Assembly (NCBI GenBank): GCA_002189035.1 | Contig: NEEC01000002.1 | Coordinates: forward strand, 4,402,001 to 4,466,000 | From: Utricularia gibba | Taxonomy: Eukaryota; Plantae; Magnoliophyta | DNA length: 64,000 nt | Direction: 5' to 3' | In this document: one piece after another, positions 25,204 to 38,683 of the stretch | Numbering within the stretch: position 1 is the first letter of the stretch | Layout of the letters: each line of letters opens with the position of its first letter | Made by a program: the position numbers and the translations under genes | The notes under the pieces: model-generated | Told to the model about the DNA's origin: nothing | What the model saw: the letters and a program-made list of their open reading frames with translations, nothing else | Database searches by the model: none

Positions 25204-26983
25204 ATGGAGATGAACTGTGAAGCCAATGCATCCAGGTTCAAGACGATTTGTGTTTTCTGTGGGAGTAGTCAGGGGAAGAAGGCTAGCTATCAGGAAGCTG
25301 CCATTGAGCTTGGCAGAGTTCTGGTATGCTTTTTGTTTTCTTTTTTTCCCAACTGCTCGCTCATTTCTTCTATTCTCACACCGAGGCGCAGATGGGAAAC
25401 TTCCTTCTTCATCCTTTGTTTGTTCAAGGTATCGAAGAGCATTGATTTGGTGTATGGAGGAGGCAGCATAGGGCTGATGGGCTTAGTTTCACAAGCTGTT
25501 CATGAAGGTGGTCGCCATGTTATGGGGTGAGCATCTCTCACCAGATGAATGAAAACCAGTCACTGAAAATAGCATACTCTAAACTGTTGTCATCTTGCTG
25601 TCTTTAGGGTGATTCCCAAAACTCTCATGCCTCGAGAGGTATGTATGCTTGTCAGAAACCAACAACTGCAGATTTTCTTGTGTTTGCTGCTGTTGAAATT
25701 ACAAATCTCCAATTTCATTCCTGTCTTGGTAAAAGGAGTTTCATCTATTCTGCAACATCCCCACCTTCTCTCTTCAGGGTTTCTGAAACCTGTTCATTCA
25801 GTCACATGATGAAATCAATTTCATCCTGCTCATTGAAACGTTTTTTGGTCTATAAATGCTGCCCAGACAGACATTTCCTTATATATCCCTGCATGTGGTG
25901 GCAGAACTTGTGATTAAACTCTTTGTATTTTTCTCCCTTGTCCTTGACTTCTTCTGCCCCAGAGATTTGAATGATAATACCACAGCCACTGCAGGAACAT
26001 TTAAAAGCAGTTTCATCTGATTTACCGCACTTCAACCAACATGGGCTCCGTGTATTTTGCAGTTAACTGGGGAAACGGTGGGCGAAGTGAAAGCAGTTGC
26101 AGATATGCATCAAAGGAAAGCAGAAATGGCAAGGCACTCAGATGCCTTCATTGCCTTACCAGGTTTGTATAAGATCATTTTTTCCCTGGTTAAGTAGGAA
26201 TTGACCTCTGATTCTGCAATAAAAACCAAGGCCATCAATTTTTGGTTTTTGTTTGGGAGAAGCAACATGAACTCCCACAATTCGTTGTTAGTCCCCTTTC
26301 GCACATGCCCTTGTCACTACTTTGCTGTGCCCGTGCTTGAAACATTGGTTGTGCATGAGGGCCACCTAAAAAGCAACCGACTTTATAAATAAAAAAAAAA
26401 AAGAGCAACATAACATTCAAGTAGTTGGAAAGTTGTTAGAATGAAAGATGAGGCGTAAAGGTCAAAGAACAAAAATAGTCTTTTACAGAATCATGATGAT
26501 GGAGATGCAATATGTATACAGGCGGGTATGGAACTTTGGAGGAGCTGCTTGAAGTCATAACATGGGCTCAACTAGGCATCCATGACAAGCCGGTACTTAA
26601 TGACCTCAAGCAAAACAAGCTGCACTTTGCTACCCCAGTGTTCAACTAATGGCCTAATTATCTCTTCTTGTAGGTGGGATTGCTGAATGTGGATGGATAC
26701 TACAACTCTCTGCTTTCGTTCATAGACGAAGCCGTAGAGGAAGGATTTATTAGCCCTACGGCTCGTCACATTATCGTATCAGCACCCACCGCCAAGGAAC
26801 TTGTCAAGAAATTGGAGGTAACAATTGTTTTTTTTCAAAAAAAAGAAAGAGAGGATTCTTTCAAAGAATCAGTTGCCTGAAATCATTTTGTGCATGCAGG
26901 AATACGTTCCTCAACACGAAAGACCTATTTCACAACACAGCTGGGAAATTGAGCACTCCCAGAAATGCAATGTGTCCAGTTGA
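25204..26983 (+). CDS. LOG: LONELY GUY cytokinin riboside 5'-monophosphate phosphoribohydrolase, 215 aa. Exons 25204-25323, 25429-25526, 25608-25638, 26063-26162, 26522-26592, 26674-26817, 26900-26983.
   Basis: All six introns GT..AG and in phase; 648-nt CDS without stops. Motifs [40 protein letters not shown] and GLLNVDGYY. Confidence 0.97.
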
Positions 26984-26999
26984 AGAAAGACAGACATGC

Positions 27000-27660
27000 A
27001 AGGTGTGCATGAAAAAGGAGAAGCTAAACTCAAAGCATGATTTTTTGGCTGGAAGGGGGAGATGTTTCTGTATATTCATCAGCTCATGCGATGGATGATA
27101 GCTTCACATATGTTTCCAAACTTTGTTTGCTTTGCTTAAGATGTAGTAATGCAGCTAGTAGTGCACGTTGTAGTTCCCTTGTTGATCATTCATTCCTTCA
27201 AAATTTCAACTAGTTTTCCTTGATTCCTGGTTTAAAACAGTCAGTAAAATGGTTGGGAAGTGAAAACGGAATGGGTGAAAAAGGGAAGGATACAGGAGAA
27301 ATGAATGGGTAAGTTAAAAGCATCATGACAATGGTCCCATAAACAGAAACCACTATGTGTCGATTGGTTTCATCCACAGATCACAGTCCCCATACATAAG
27401 CCTGAGGTTGATTAGTCTCTTTCAAGTCAGAATAGCATAGCAGAGTGTCATAAGAATTATAGAAAAACTGGAGATTTGAATTAGATTCACATGAAATCGA
27501 AAAAGAAAAGCAACTTCTAGTGACAAGTTGTACCTGCAATTTTCCGATACCGTTCCAACCGAGACGGAGGGGACCGCCAGTATTGCCGGCGACCGGGGAG
27601 GCGCACTGGAGGTCGTTACGGGGGCCGTAGGCTGACCAACAAGTGCTGGTAATTAGGGTA
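27000..27660 (-). ncRNA. Putative spliced antisense transcript convergent with and likely overlapping the LOG 3' end (exon 1 ~27660-27534, intron 27533-27227, exon 2 from 27226)
   Basis: Donor GCAG|GTACAA. Long pyrimidine tract, CTGAC branch-like motif and acceptor AAACCAG|GAA. GC-rich first exon preceded by two site-II motifs (TGGGCC). Ends are estimated; no expression data. Confidence 0.45.
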
Positions 27661-30600
27661 AGGCCCATTAGAGTCAGTTGGGAGTGTTTACGATTGGCCT
27701 TCAGCGGGCCCAGTCCCAAAATTACATGTCTGCCAATTTCCTTGGGCAATCTTAAATTGCATCAAAAAAAATTTCAAGTTTTATCATTTTGATAAAATTG
27801 GTCTCTACTTTTTAATATAAATTACGTAATTCGTCTTCGTTGGCAAAATCAACTCCCAAACTTTAATGCATACGTATTAATAATCTTCAAAATTTTACAT
27901 TTTATGCATTTTTTTATCCTTCACTGTTTCAACACTGAGCACAATTAATCTCTAATTAGAAATGGGCAAAAGATCCAACCCCTTGGATACCCACCCCTAC
28001 CCAACTTGTGAAGGTCAGATTTATAGTGGACAAGGGATGAATATGGATTTTATAATCTTAAACCCATGTTGGGATGGTGCACGGATGGATTTTTAGAAAA
28101 AAATATTAATACTCGCTCCACATACCTAGCCTATAAACCCATTTCTTAAAAAAATAATTGTAACAAATTTACGTGTTTTGAAAATAACATGACATAGATA
28201 TGATGAGCAACTCTATTAAAAATTTATATATACTTCTATTACCATATTTTTTATTCCACTTTTATTTCTAGTTTTCTTTTCTCTAAAAAAGAGATGATGC
28301 TCTTCAATAGGAGCTAAGTTGGAGGGAGATTCTGATGCAAATAGGTAGGCTGAGGACTACGAAGATTGGAGAACTTGGTTATCACAAACAATTTTTATGA
28401 TGTAGAATTTCAAATCAAAGAAAGTAAGATTTCTTTTCACAATCTCTTCTTATGTTCATTGCATCACTTTTATTTTCAGTGGTATGATTTCAGATGAAGA
28501 AAATTCTATCATTAGTAGCAAAATTTGGTACTCCTTCTATTATGGGTGAAAATTGGTTGAGTGGGTTGAGCCGATTTTCTGGTTTTGGATGTGATCGGAA
28601 AGGCAACTTTTTTGTATACTTCTTTTCGTGATCTGTTCGGTTTGACCGGGTGAATTGAATGTAGTCAAAGATTTTTTTACGCCAAAACCACCGTAAGACG
28701 TAAAAACCATGTAACTGTCGGAGCTCATCGGAGAAGACTTCTACTAGACAGAGGTGGTCGAGAAAACGATACAAGTTGAGGAGTTTTTTTTTTTTTTGGT
28801 TCCCCCCCCCCTCCTCTTTTCTTTAGAACTTCTCCTATTTATAAAAGAGGCTGCTCTAGCCGATTCCTTGCTTCTACAGGTGTCGGTTACTTTTGCGCCT
28901 GCTATGCAATCTCGCTTTTCAGATATCGGCTGCTTGTTCTGCCGTAATTCGGCTGCTTTTCAGACTGTGTCATATGGCCACCGCTGTCAAATTTCTGATA
29001 CATAGCAAGCTATCGACTGGCGTTATCCTATCAGGGCTTCTTTTGGCAGCCTTTCTCAAACCAATCATCCCCAGCTGATTTACACCCCATCATTCAGCCC
29101 CTCTGATTTATCGATATTGACCTTTCCAAGGCAAGTCGATGGATCAAAAGTACCGCTATACCGATTTCTGGCGTGCTGCTTTTCATGGGTTAGTCTCTAG
29201 CTGATTTAGACCGATTTCTATGCCACGCGTCGTCTCCTAAGCGTGCGACGTTTTTTCCCGCTCATTCTGGGCACCTCAAGCGCCGTGCCGTTTCGCCTCC
29301 CGAGTACCTTTTCTATAAGTATGTGCTCCTCTCGTCACTTCACCCCCTTTTGCTTCCTCTGATCACTCGCGGGATCTTAGCACTATTTGTGCCGCGTCAC
29401 TCTCGTCTGTTGCCTGCGCCGCCGTACTTCCACCCCGAACTGTGAATTTTCAGGTACCAGTCAGCTCTTCACACTCTCTGCTGGGCTTTTTTGAGGGTTT
29501 GGTTGGATTCTGATAACACCATTTTTATTGTGTTTTTATATATGTTTTTAAGTGTGTTTTGTAGGGTTAAATGTTGCTTAGGGTGCTAAAATGTCTTTTT
29601 TTGTGCATTTAGTCTGTTAAAATGTGTTTATTGTGAAAATAGGCTTAATTGTTGCCAATTGAGCCGAAAATTCTAATATTTTATCTAGTTTGTGTTTTAA
29701 GTCTTACCAGGGTAAGAGCTAGTACTGCAGCAACGTACTTTCCGCGTTGAGAAGTCAAAAAGGGATAGAAAAGATGTGCAAAAGCCACTTTCCACCGAAA
29801 GTAGCCGCCCTTTTGAAGAGATAAGATATGGAGCAGAGATCTCCCTTCTACAAGCATGAGGAAAAGATCAAGCATGAGCATCAAAAGAGAAAAGGAAGGG
29901 AGAGAGAAAAAAAGGAGTACACTATGCACGCAGAGTGTGCAGACAGCGAACAGGAGCAAGCGGGAGCGAGGAGAACGTTGTTTCTCCGGCAAAAATCTCC
30001 GGCGACCTCCAAATCTGCGTGTCTACACCACCTTTTCGGCTAGAACTTCGATTTCCAGCAGATCTCCAGCCCACAGAAGCATACTACAACTTTTATTTAC
30101 GCATTTTCTGCTCTTCCATTTCTGCGAGAACCTGTTATTGTTACTATTTTCATTTCTAAGCTTTCTGCTGCTTTTCGAAACCTTGCTGTGAACGGGAAAC
30201 TCGTTGTACAACTTGCTTTAGTTTATAAACATGTCTCTGTTTAAGCTTTTCACATTTGATTTTAAGCTTGATATGCCATTTGCTGTTCCTGCGCACGCAT
30301 ACTCTGTTTTCGCACACTCTTACTCTGTTTTTAAGCTTTCTTAAGCTGGGTTTAAGCCTATGGGCCCTGTTGAGTGACACAAGAGGCTGAACCAGGTGTA
30401 AAACTCATTCAAATTACTTTTATTTTATGTTTTCTGCATCTTTATATTAATTTCAGTCCCTTTTCACCCTTGCAACCCATTCCTTTCAGTCATTGTTATT
30501 TTAGATCTTACCCGCATTAGAACTAAATCCCAGAGAACGCCCTGTTTCAAGTAGTTGTGTTGAACTTCATAAAATTGCAACCATTCCCTGTGGATTCGAC

Positions 30601-30728
30601 CCTTGCTTGCCACGCTACATTAATTCTTGTGATTTGTGTAGTAGAATAGCTCGGTTTATAAATTTCTGTTGACGCTTTGAATGTACTAAACCACGACATT
30701 TAGCAACCCATTCCAAGGTTCATCAAAA

Positions 30729-30746
30729 TGGCGCCGTTGCCGGGGA
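30729..30746 (+). other. Primer-binding site of element D, complementary to the 3' 18 nt of tRNA-Asp(GUC)
   Basis: TGGCGCCGTTGCCGGGGA, 3 nt after the 5' LTR; the typical Athila PBS. Confidence 0.92.
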
Positions 30747-30790
30747 ATGGTGTCTGTTTATTTTTTTGTGGTTAATGCATTTACGTTCCC

Positions 30791-33700
30791 TTGCAGGTCC
30801 ACTTGAACCCCTTGGATTTTGAGGTCGAGAGGACTAAAAGAATAATGAGAAAGAAGCACAAACAAAGTCAGCAAGAGGCTAATTTGAGGGCCATAGAGAT
30901 GGCTGACAACCACTCAAATAATCAGCAGCTTGTGGATATTTTGGAGAAGACCATTGGGGAGTATGAGTCACCAGATCATACATATCGAGGGCATTGTATC
31001 ACCTTTCCTACAACAGCAATTAATCTGGAGTTGAGACCAGGGACCCTTGCCCTGTTTCCTAAGTATTATGGGAATAAGAATGAGGACCCTCACATGCATA
31101 TTGATGATTGTATTGCTGTTGGAGCTGTGCTGCGACCCAAGGACGTGACTGAGGATGATTTACTACTCAAAGTCTTCCAATTTACTCTTGAAGGATATGC
31201 CAAGACGTGGTTCAATACACTTGAACCTGGAAGTATTAGAAGCTGGATAGAAATGAAGAAAGCATTTTTAAATCAATTTTTTCCCACCTCTAGAGCAGAC
31301 GAAATTTGGGGCAAAATTGAAAATATTTTTCAGGATTATGATGAACCTTTACATGAGTATTGGAACAGGTTCACAACCCTTCTTTTGAGCTGCCCACATC
31401 ATGTATATGACAAATTGAAGCAAGTGAAGTGTTTTTTGAAGGGTTTGACTGCTGCTCAAAGAGATAAGTTGGATTCTACTGCACATGGTAATATGAGAAC
31501 TCTTACCCCATCTGAAGGCTGGGAGAAAATTAAAGAAATGGTTGGTCATTCCAGGCATTCTCAGTCTCGATCTCGAGCCCAGTGACAAGTGCATGAAATG
31601 GGGATATTGAGAGAGGATGAAGCAGCAAGAAATGACAATGATATTGCTGAATTGAAGGATATGGTGAAAGGTTTATTTCTTGTTCATGCAAAATCCATGC
31701 CTTGTGAAGTCTGTGGAAGTCTGGGACATATGCCTGATCATTGCTCCATGAAAGGAAATCTAGAAGAACCACTTGAAGGAGTGAATGCAATGGGGTACAT
31801 GAATAATAGAGCGGATTATTTCAAGCCCAAAAATGACCAGCGATTTGAGCCTATGAGGAATCATCCCAATTTTAGTTGGAGAAGCACCAACGTGGAGAAT
31901 CCACAACATTTGGGATTCACTCAACCGCAGTAGCAACCAGCTCCACCAATTTCGTTTCAACAAGGACAAAGTGTTCAGTAGGGGAATAGGTATCAAAGTA
32001 GGCCTTATCAACCCCCACATCAAAGAGTCGACCAGCCAAGCACTTTAGGTATTAAACCATCTCCTTCCACTGAAGAAATGATGAAGATGATGCTGGAAAA
32101 CATGGCCAGACATGATGCTGAACAAGCAAAAAGGGATGCTGAACAGGCCAAAAGGGATGTTGAATCTGAGAAGATGATGAAGAGTATTGAGAGGCAAATT
32201 GGCCAACTTGCTATAGAGCTCACTGAACTGAAAGGAAACTCACGGAAATTACCATCTCAGCCCAATGCTAATCCGAAGGCCAACATTTCTGCTATAGAAC
32301 TTTGTGGGGGAAAGCAGCTCCCTAACTGAAAAGCCCCTACAAGCCACACCAAAGCAGCAGAAGGGATTCAAATTAATTCTGAGGATAAGGTGCAGCATGA
32401 AAAGGCAGCAGGGGAACTTGTTTTTGAGATCAAGAAGACGCCTCCTTTTCCTGGAAGATTGCAAGCTTGAGCAAGGCAAGAAGAAAAGGACTCTATCATT
32501 TCAGCCTTGGACTCTGCAATGATCACCATGAAGGCTATAGATTATTTAAGGCAAGTGCCGAAAGGGATGAAAGTATTGAAGGACTTGTGTAGTTCGAAGA
32601 GGAAAAGCAAGGATGAGGACGTGATCAAAGTCAGTGCTCAAGTCTCCGCATACCTGACCCAACCGATGCCAGAAAAATGTTCAGACCTTGGAACATTTTT
32701 TGTTCCTATCCAGGTAGGAACTAAATTCATCAGCAGGGCAATGGCAGATCAAGGTGCTTCAATCAACATGATGCCTTATGAAGTTTATTTGCACTGGATT
32801 TGGATCCCCTCAGGCCAACCAACTTGAAATTACAACTTGCAACCAGATCCGTGGCCATTCCGGAGGGTATTGCTGAAGATGTTCTTGTTAGAATTTCTAA
32901 CATCTGTTATCCTTGCGATTTTGTTGTTGTTAAAAGCCCTCCAGCTAGGGTGAATGATAATACTTTAATTCTGGGACACCCTTTCTTAGCTATTGCAAAT
33001 GCTCATATTGATTGTAGGAAAGGAGCCATCACTATTGGCTATGCTGATGATATCTCCATCTTTAAGACCAATGAAGTTGAAAAATTCCCTGATGATTTTG
33101 CACCTGTGACTGGAGTTGATGTCGTTGATGAATTAGTAGAGGAAGTTTTTGATGAAGAGCAGCATGATATTCTTGAATTGTTTAGACAAGATGCTGAGCT
33201 CGAAGAGGAGGAAGCTGAGTATGTAATTCTTGAATGTTTCATTGAAGATAAAGACTTGGTGAAGCTTGGAGAGGTGACTAGTGTTGCATCACCAGAATTG
33301 AAACCCTTGCCTTCACATCTCAAGTATGCATTTATTGGTGACAATTCAAAGCTAGTGATTATTAGTGCTGATCTTTCTTGTGAAGAAGAGACGAAGTTGA
33401 TGGACGTTCTCAAGGCTAACAGCAAGGCTATTGGCTGGACATTAGATGATATAACCGGAATTAGCTCTTTTGTCACCATGCATAGGATTTATCTTGAAGA
33501 CGGAGCAAAACCGGTTAGACAACCACAGAGAAGGCTCAATCCTACCCTCATGGAGGTAGTGAAGAAGGAAATACAGAAGCTGTTGAAAGCTGGAGTGATT
33601 TATTCAATTTCTGATAGCACATGGGTAAGTCCTATCCACGTAGTCTCTAAAAAGACAGGAATTACCGTTGTCGAAGATGCTGATGGAAAGAAGGTGGCGA

Positions 33701-36206
33701 CGTGAGTTCAGAATGGCTGGAGGGTATGTATTGACTACAGGAAGCTAAATGAAGTCACAAGGAAGGATCACTACCCTCTACCCTTCGTGGACCAAATGTT
33801 GGACAGGTTAAGTGGTAAAAGTTTTTATTGCTTTCTTGATGGGTACTCAGGGTATAACCAGGTTGTTGTGGCACCGGATGATCAAGAAAAGACGACTTTT
33901 ACCTGTCCCTTTGGCACCTATGCGTACAAGAAGATGCCATTTGGTCTCTGCAACGCCCAGCGACTTTTGAAAGGTGTGTCACCAGCATTTTTTCGAATTA
34001 TATTGATGATTTCATTGAAGTATTCATGGACGACTTTACTTTGCATGGAACTAGTTTTGATGATTTTTTGAATCATTTAGAACTTGTTTTGAAACGTTGT
34101 GTTGAGAAAGATTTAGTTTTGAACTCTGAAAAATGCCATTTCATAGTATGCCAAGGAATTGGACTTGGGCATGTTGTTTCAGCAGCAGGTCTTACGGTAG
34201 ATCCTGCTAAGGTAAGTACTATTTTTGGTTTACCATATCCATGTGATGAAAGAGAAGTTCGTGCATTTTTAGGCCATGCCGGATTTTACAGGAGGTTTGT
34301 TAAAGGTTTTTCTCAAATTGCTCGACCACTAACCAATCTCTTGTAGAAGGATGCTGAGTTTATTTTTTCAGATGAATGTAAGCATGCTTTTGAAACTCTC
34401 AAGGCAGGCGTGACATCAGCTCCTATCATACAAGCGCCCAATTGGAGTGAACCATTCCATGTGATAACTGATGCATCCAACTATGTAGTAGGAGCTGTGT
34501 TGGGCCAGAAACTTGATGGAAAAGACACTGTCACCAGCTATGCCTCCAAAACCTTAGATAATGCTCAAGCAAATTACACTACAATCGAGAAGGAGATGCT
34601 AGCTGTTGTATTTGTCTTGGAAAAGTTCAGAAGTTAATAGTTGGGTAACAAAGTGATTGTCCATATAGACCATGCCGCCATCAAACACCTCATGTCCAAG
34701 AAGGAGACCAAGCCGAGGCTTATGAGGTGGGTCTTATTGCTGCAAGAGTTCAATGTGGAAATCATGGATAAGCCTGGGAAGCTCAATGAAGTTGCAGATC
34801 ATCTTAGCAGAATCGAGCAACCCATGGATGGTGTTCCAATTGTTGAAGAATTTCCAGATGAACAACTCTGTGCAATTAAGGCTGATGCAGGTAAGACTAG
34901 TGAACCATGGTATGCTGACATAGCCAATTATTTGTGCACTGGAGAGATGGCTTTGGACTTAAAGAGTTATGAGAAGGTGAAGTCGAAGAGTGAGAGTAAG
35001 CACTATTTCTGGGATGACCCCTATCTGTGGAAAAATTGTGCTAATGGTGTTGTGCGACGCTGCTTGACTGAAGATGATATTCAGCAAGTGTTGGCATTCT
35101 GTCATGCATCTCCTTGTGGAGTGCACCATGGTCCTAACCGTACTGCCAAGAAGGTGCTGGATTGTGGTTATTATTGGCCAACAGTTTTCAAAGATGCCAA
35201 GTCTTACTGTAAGAGCTGCGAGAACTGCCAAAGAATAGGGAATATCTCAAATCGGCATGAAATGCCAATGCAGCCAATTGTGGTTCCAGAAGTGTTCGAT
35301 GTGTGGGGAATAGACTTCATGGGGCCCTTTCCTAACTCTGATGGCTATGAGTACATTCTGGTGGCAGTGGACTATGTTTCAAAGTGGACAGAGGCAATTC
35401 CCACCAAGTCACAAGATACTCATTCAGTCATATGTTTTCTGAAGAATAACATCTTTGTGAAGTTAGGAACACCCAAAGCCTTGATCAGTGATCGCAGAAG
35501 CCATTTCTTTAACAAGGCTATAGAGAGATTGCTGAAAATCTATGGAGTCTGGTATAAGCCATCTAATTCTTACCACCCTCAGACCAATGAGCAGGCAGAA
35601 GTTTCTAATCGGGAGATCAAGCAAATTCTGGAAAAGACTGTGACTTCTTCTCGCAAGGACTGGAGCTCCAAGTTGAATGACACCTTGTGGGCAATTCGCA
35701 CAGCCTTCAAAACCCCCATCGGTATGTCTCCTTTTCGTCTTGTATATGGTAAACATTGCCATTTGCCCATTGAATTAGAGCAGAAGGCAAGATGGGCGAT
35801 CCAGTGAGTGAACTTGGAGATTCAAGGCAGTGGTGACTTGAGAAAGCTCCAACTTTCAGAGCTTGATGAACTAAGACATGAGGCCTACATGAGTTCTAAA
35901 ATCTTCAAGGAACGCACGAAGTAGTTCCATGAACGTCAGATCTTGCAAAAGCACTTTGAACCTAGACAAAAGGTATTATTATTTCAGTCTAAACTCAAAC
36001 TTCACCCAGGTAAACTGAAATCTCGTTGGGAAGGACCTTTTGTGATTAAACATGTGAATCCTAATGGTTCCATTGAGTTGTTTGATAGAGACATGCATAG
36101 CTCATTCACTGTGAACGGTCATAGATTGAAAGTGTTCCATGAGCTTATGATTGATGAAGTGGGACACCTTGTGGATGCGGTGGCATTCACTGAAATTCCC
36201 CTCTAA
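30791..36206 (+). pseudogene. gag-pol of Athila element D (decayed)
   Basis: Retrotransposon gag (FTLEGYAKTWF, AFLNQFFP), protease AMADQGASINMMP, RT FLDGYSGYNQ/MDDF, RNase H TDASNYVVGAVLGQ and integrase [10 protein letters not shown]. Multiple stops and frameshifts. Confidence 0.92.
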
Positions 36207-36569
36207 GTGATTCTGCACTTAAGTCTTACCCTAAGAATTATTCTAGGGTCCTCGATGGTGAGGTTACCAGTATTTTCTCCTTTTATTTTCGTTATGCATC
36301 TTTATTTTATTTATGCACTTTCAGTTATGCATTTTGCCTTTTGTACTGTTGCAATATGTTATTTTGTTGTTTCTTTCTGCCCCACTATTAGTTTCTAGTG
36401 CAATGGGCAATCTCTTGTATAGTTGCAACTCTTTCTTTATTTTTAGTTACACAAGCCCAGTGGGTTTAATTTTAAAAGGGTGGGAAACCCTTTTAAATCC
36501 TTCTTCCCAACAGTTACTCTCCCTCTTTTGCACCCCTTGCCTCTTTCTCAGAACCGTTGCAACTCTTCC

Positions 36570-38683
36570 ATGGCGAACCTCCCATCCTCAAACTCAACCA
36601 CCGTGCCACTGGCCACCCTTGACCACCCATCTGTTCCGACCGCCTCCATAACCACCAACCCAACCTCTGCCATGCCACGCACTATTCAGTTTTTTCCCCA
36701 ATCCGTTACCGCACCCTCTACCGCGAGCCCTAGGCCCTCTTCCGACGAAATGCTGCTCGCCACGCATGTAGAAGCTGACATTCTGCAGTTGCTGCTGAGT
36801 TTACGCGTAGCCCATCTTCATACCCTTGCCTCTAGCGCCTCATCACCCATTCCTATGCCACAACCATCCCCTGTCGCTGCTACACCCTCACCGCGCTAGC
36901 GTTCCCCACTACCGCGTGCTTCTCCGATCCCGAATCTGGTGGGTGTGCTTGATTTTTCCCTTACTTTGGCTACTCCTCGCCCTTCGACTACTGCCCCGTC
37001 CACCCACCACCGCACCCCTTCTCCACCTCTGGTGGTTACTATTTCTGCTACTCCTCCGCCACCGGAGCGCTTCACTCTTGGACCCCCGCTTACACCCGAC
37101 TCTCTTTACACTGATTTTCTTGACGACCAGGAAATTTCAGACCCCCCGGAGGGAGGTATTCCCAAGAGTGCGACCCTTGCTATCACTTTTGCTCCGGATG
37201 CTGTCCCAAATGCCTCCAAGAGCACTGCTCCAGCAAGGAAGACCACACAGTGGGAGGCAAAAAATGCTACCAGCAAGAAGAAGGGTATGGCTGAAGCAAG
37301 CAAGAAAAAGGAACCGGAAAAGGAACCTACCCGAGCACCCTCTGAGCCAACAAGAGAGGCAGCAGCTGCCAATAAAAAGAAGGACACGGCAACAAGCAAG
37401 AAGCCTCCAGCGAGGATGAGCCCTGAATCAACACCAGCACCCATCGAGACAATAAGAGAGGAAGATGCCACTATCTGAAGGGAACGACCAGAGAGAGCCA
37501 CCAAAGAACAAAAGAAACGGCCACGAGAGGAGAAGGAGGCTGGAAAAACACAGAAGGGAGGAAAAGCAAAACAACGCAAGGATGAGAAAGGTAAACAGAA
37601 AATGACTGAACCCCCTGTTGGCTCTACCATTTTTGCAGATAGGGACATCACTATGGTGGAATTGGAGGACTGCATTTTTACAGAGCACCTACGATTCAGC
37701 AGCAGAGCCCACAAGGAAAAGCTGGATACAATTTTTGGAGCAGGGCCAGAACCGGTGCGCTATCTAGACACTAAAACACTTCAGCACCTTGGCATTGAGC
37801 AAGAGGTAAACGCACGGTTAGCAGGAACACCGTTTCTTCATATTTTTCAGAACAAGCTGTCTGCCTGCGCTGAATTGTGTTATGAATTTTTCACGACATT
37901 TGTGTATGATGTGCCTGAAACTGTTTTTGCTCCTGGCATCATTCGGTTTAGATTGACTGGAATAGAGCCTTAGGATTTGTTTCTGAAAATGATTTGAACT
38001 CCATTGCTTTTCAGACTTCCATGTTTGATTTTCCTGGTGTTGAATATGTTGATGAACATGAAGTTTATGAGCAATTGACTGGGCATTATGAGGTTATCTT
38101 TAAGCAAAAAGGGACTAAGGCTAGTTTGGTAGTAGACCCTGTGTGGAGGATTATTCATGTGCTCCTTTCTACTTCCTTTTTCCAGCATCAACGCGCCTTC
38201 AATTCCTTGTTTAAAAATGAGACTTTTATTTTGTGGAGTTTAATGATGAAAAGGCCATTGAATGTTGGTGCTTTACTTGCTGATTTGATGAAGAAAGAAG
38301 TAGGGAATAGAACGCGTGTTTTGACTTTGCGGTTGTGAAACTGGGTCTCTTATTTGGCTTTAAAAGAATTTGGTCCTGATGCCTTAGAAAATGCCAACTT
38401 GCACATTGGACCCCCTCATCTCCCCATTAACTTATCTTTTCTCACAAATATTGGAATGATTCGACTTGCCAAAGGCAAGATCGTATTTTTATTAAGCATA
38501 GGTGAAGGAAACGTTGTGGAGCAGCCCTTGCCCAATGCTCAGGAAGCTTCTGGATCTGTTGGGGGGGGAAACACCTGTGAAAAGCGGAAACTGCTGTTGC
38601 TTGAGGGAAATTCGAGAGTTGAGAGGCACTATAGGCACCCTGAAGCTGTATTTAGAGACTGCTTGATTTACAGGCGGGCGTAA
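36570..38683 (+). pseudogene. Athila env-like/extra ORF (decayed)
   Basis: Follows integrase. Pyrimidine tract plus CTCAG acceptor at 36551 before ATG 36570. P/S/T-rich then K/E-rich region, then VRYLDTKTLQHLGIEQEV...ELCYEFFTTF...IRFRL resembling the recalled ATHILA ORF (PF03078). Confidence 0.75.

Noticed and set aside
25324-25428. LOG intron 1 is 3n and stop-free (105 nt)
   Set aside because: Only 35 codons, so readily explained by chance; the splice sites are canonical.
27340-27380. Possible snoRNA in the putative antisense intron (GAAACCA/TGGTTTC stem, GATGA-like box)
   Set aside because: No canonical C/D box pair with terminal stem, and no rRNA guide that I could recognise.
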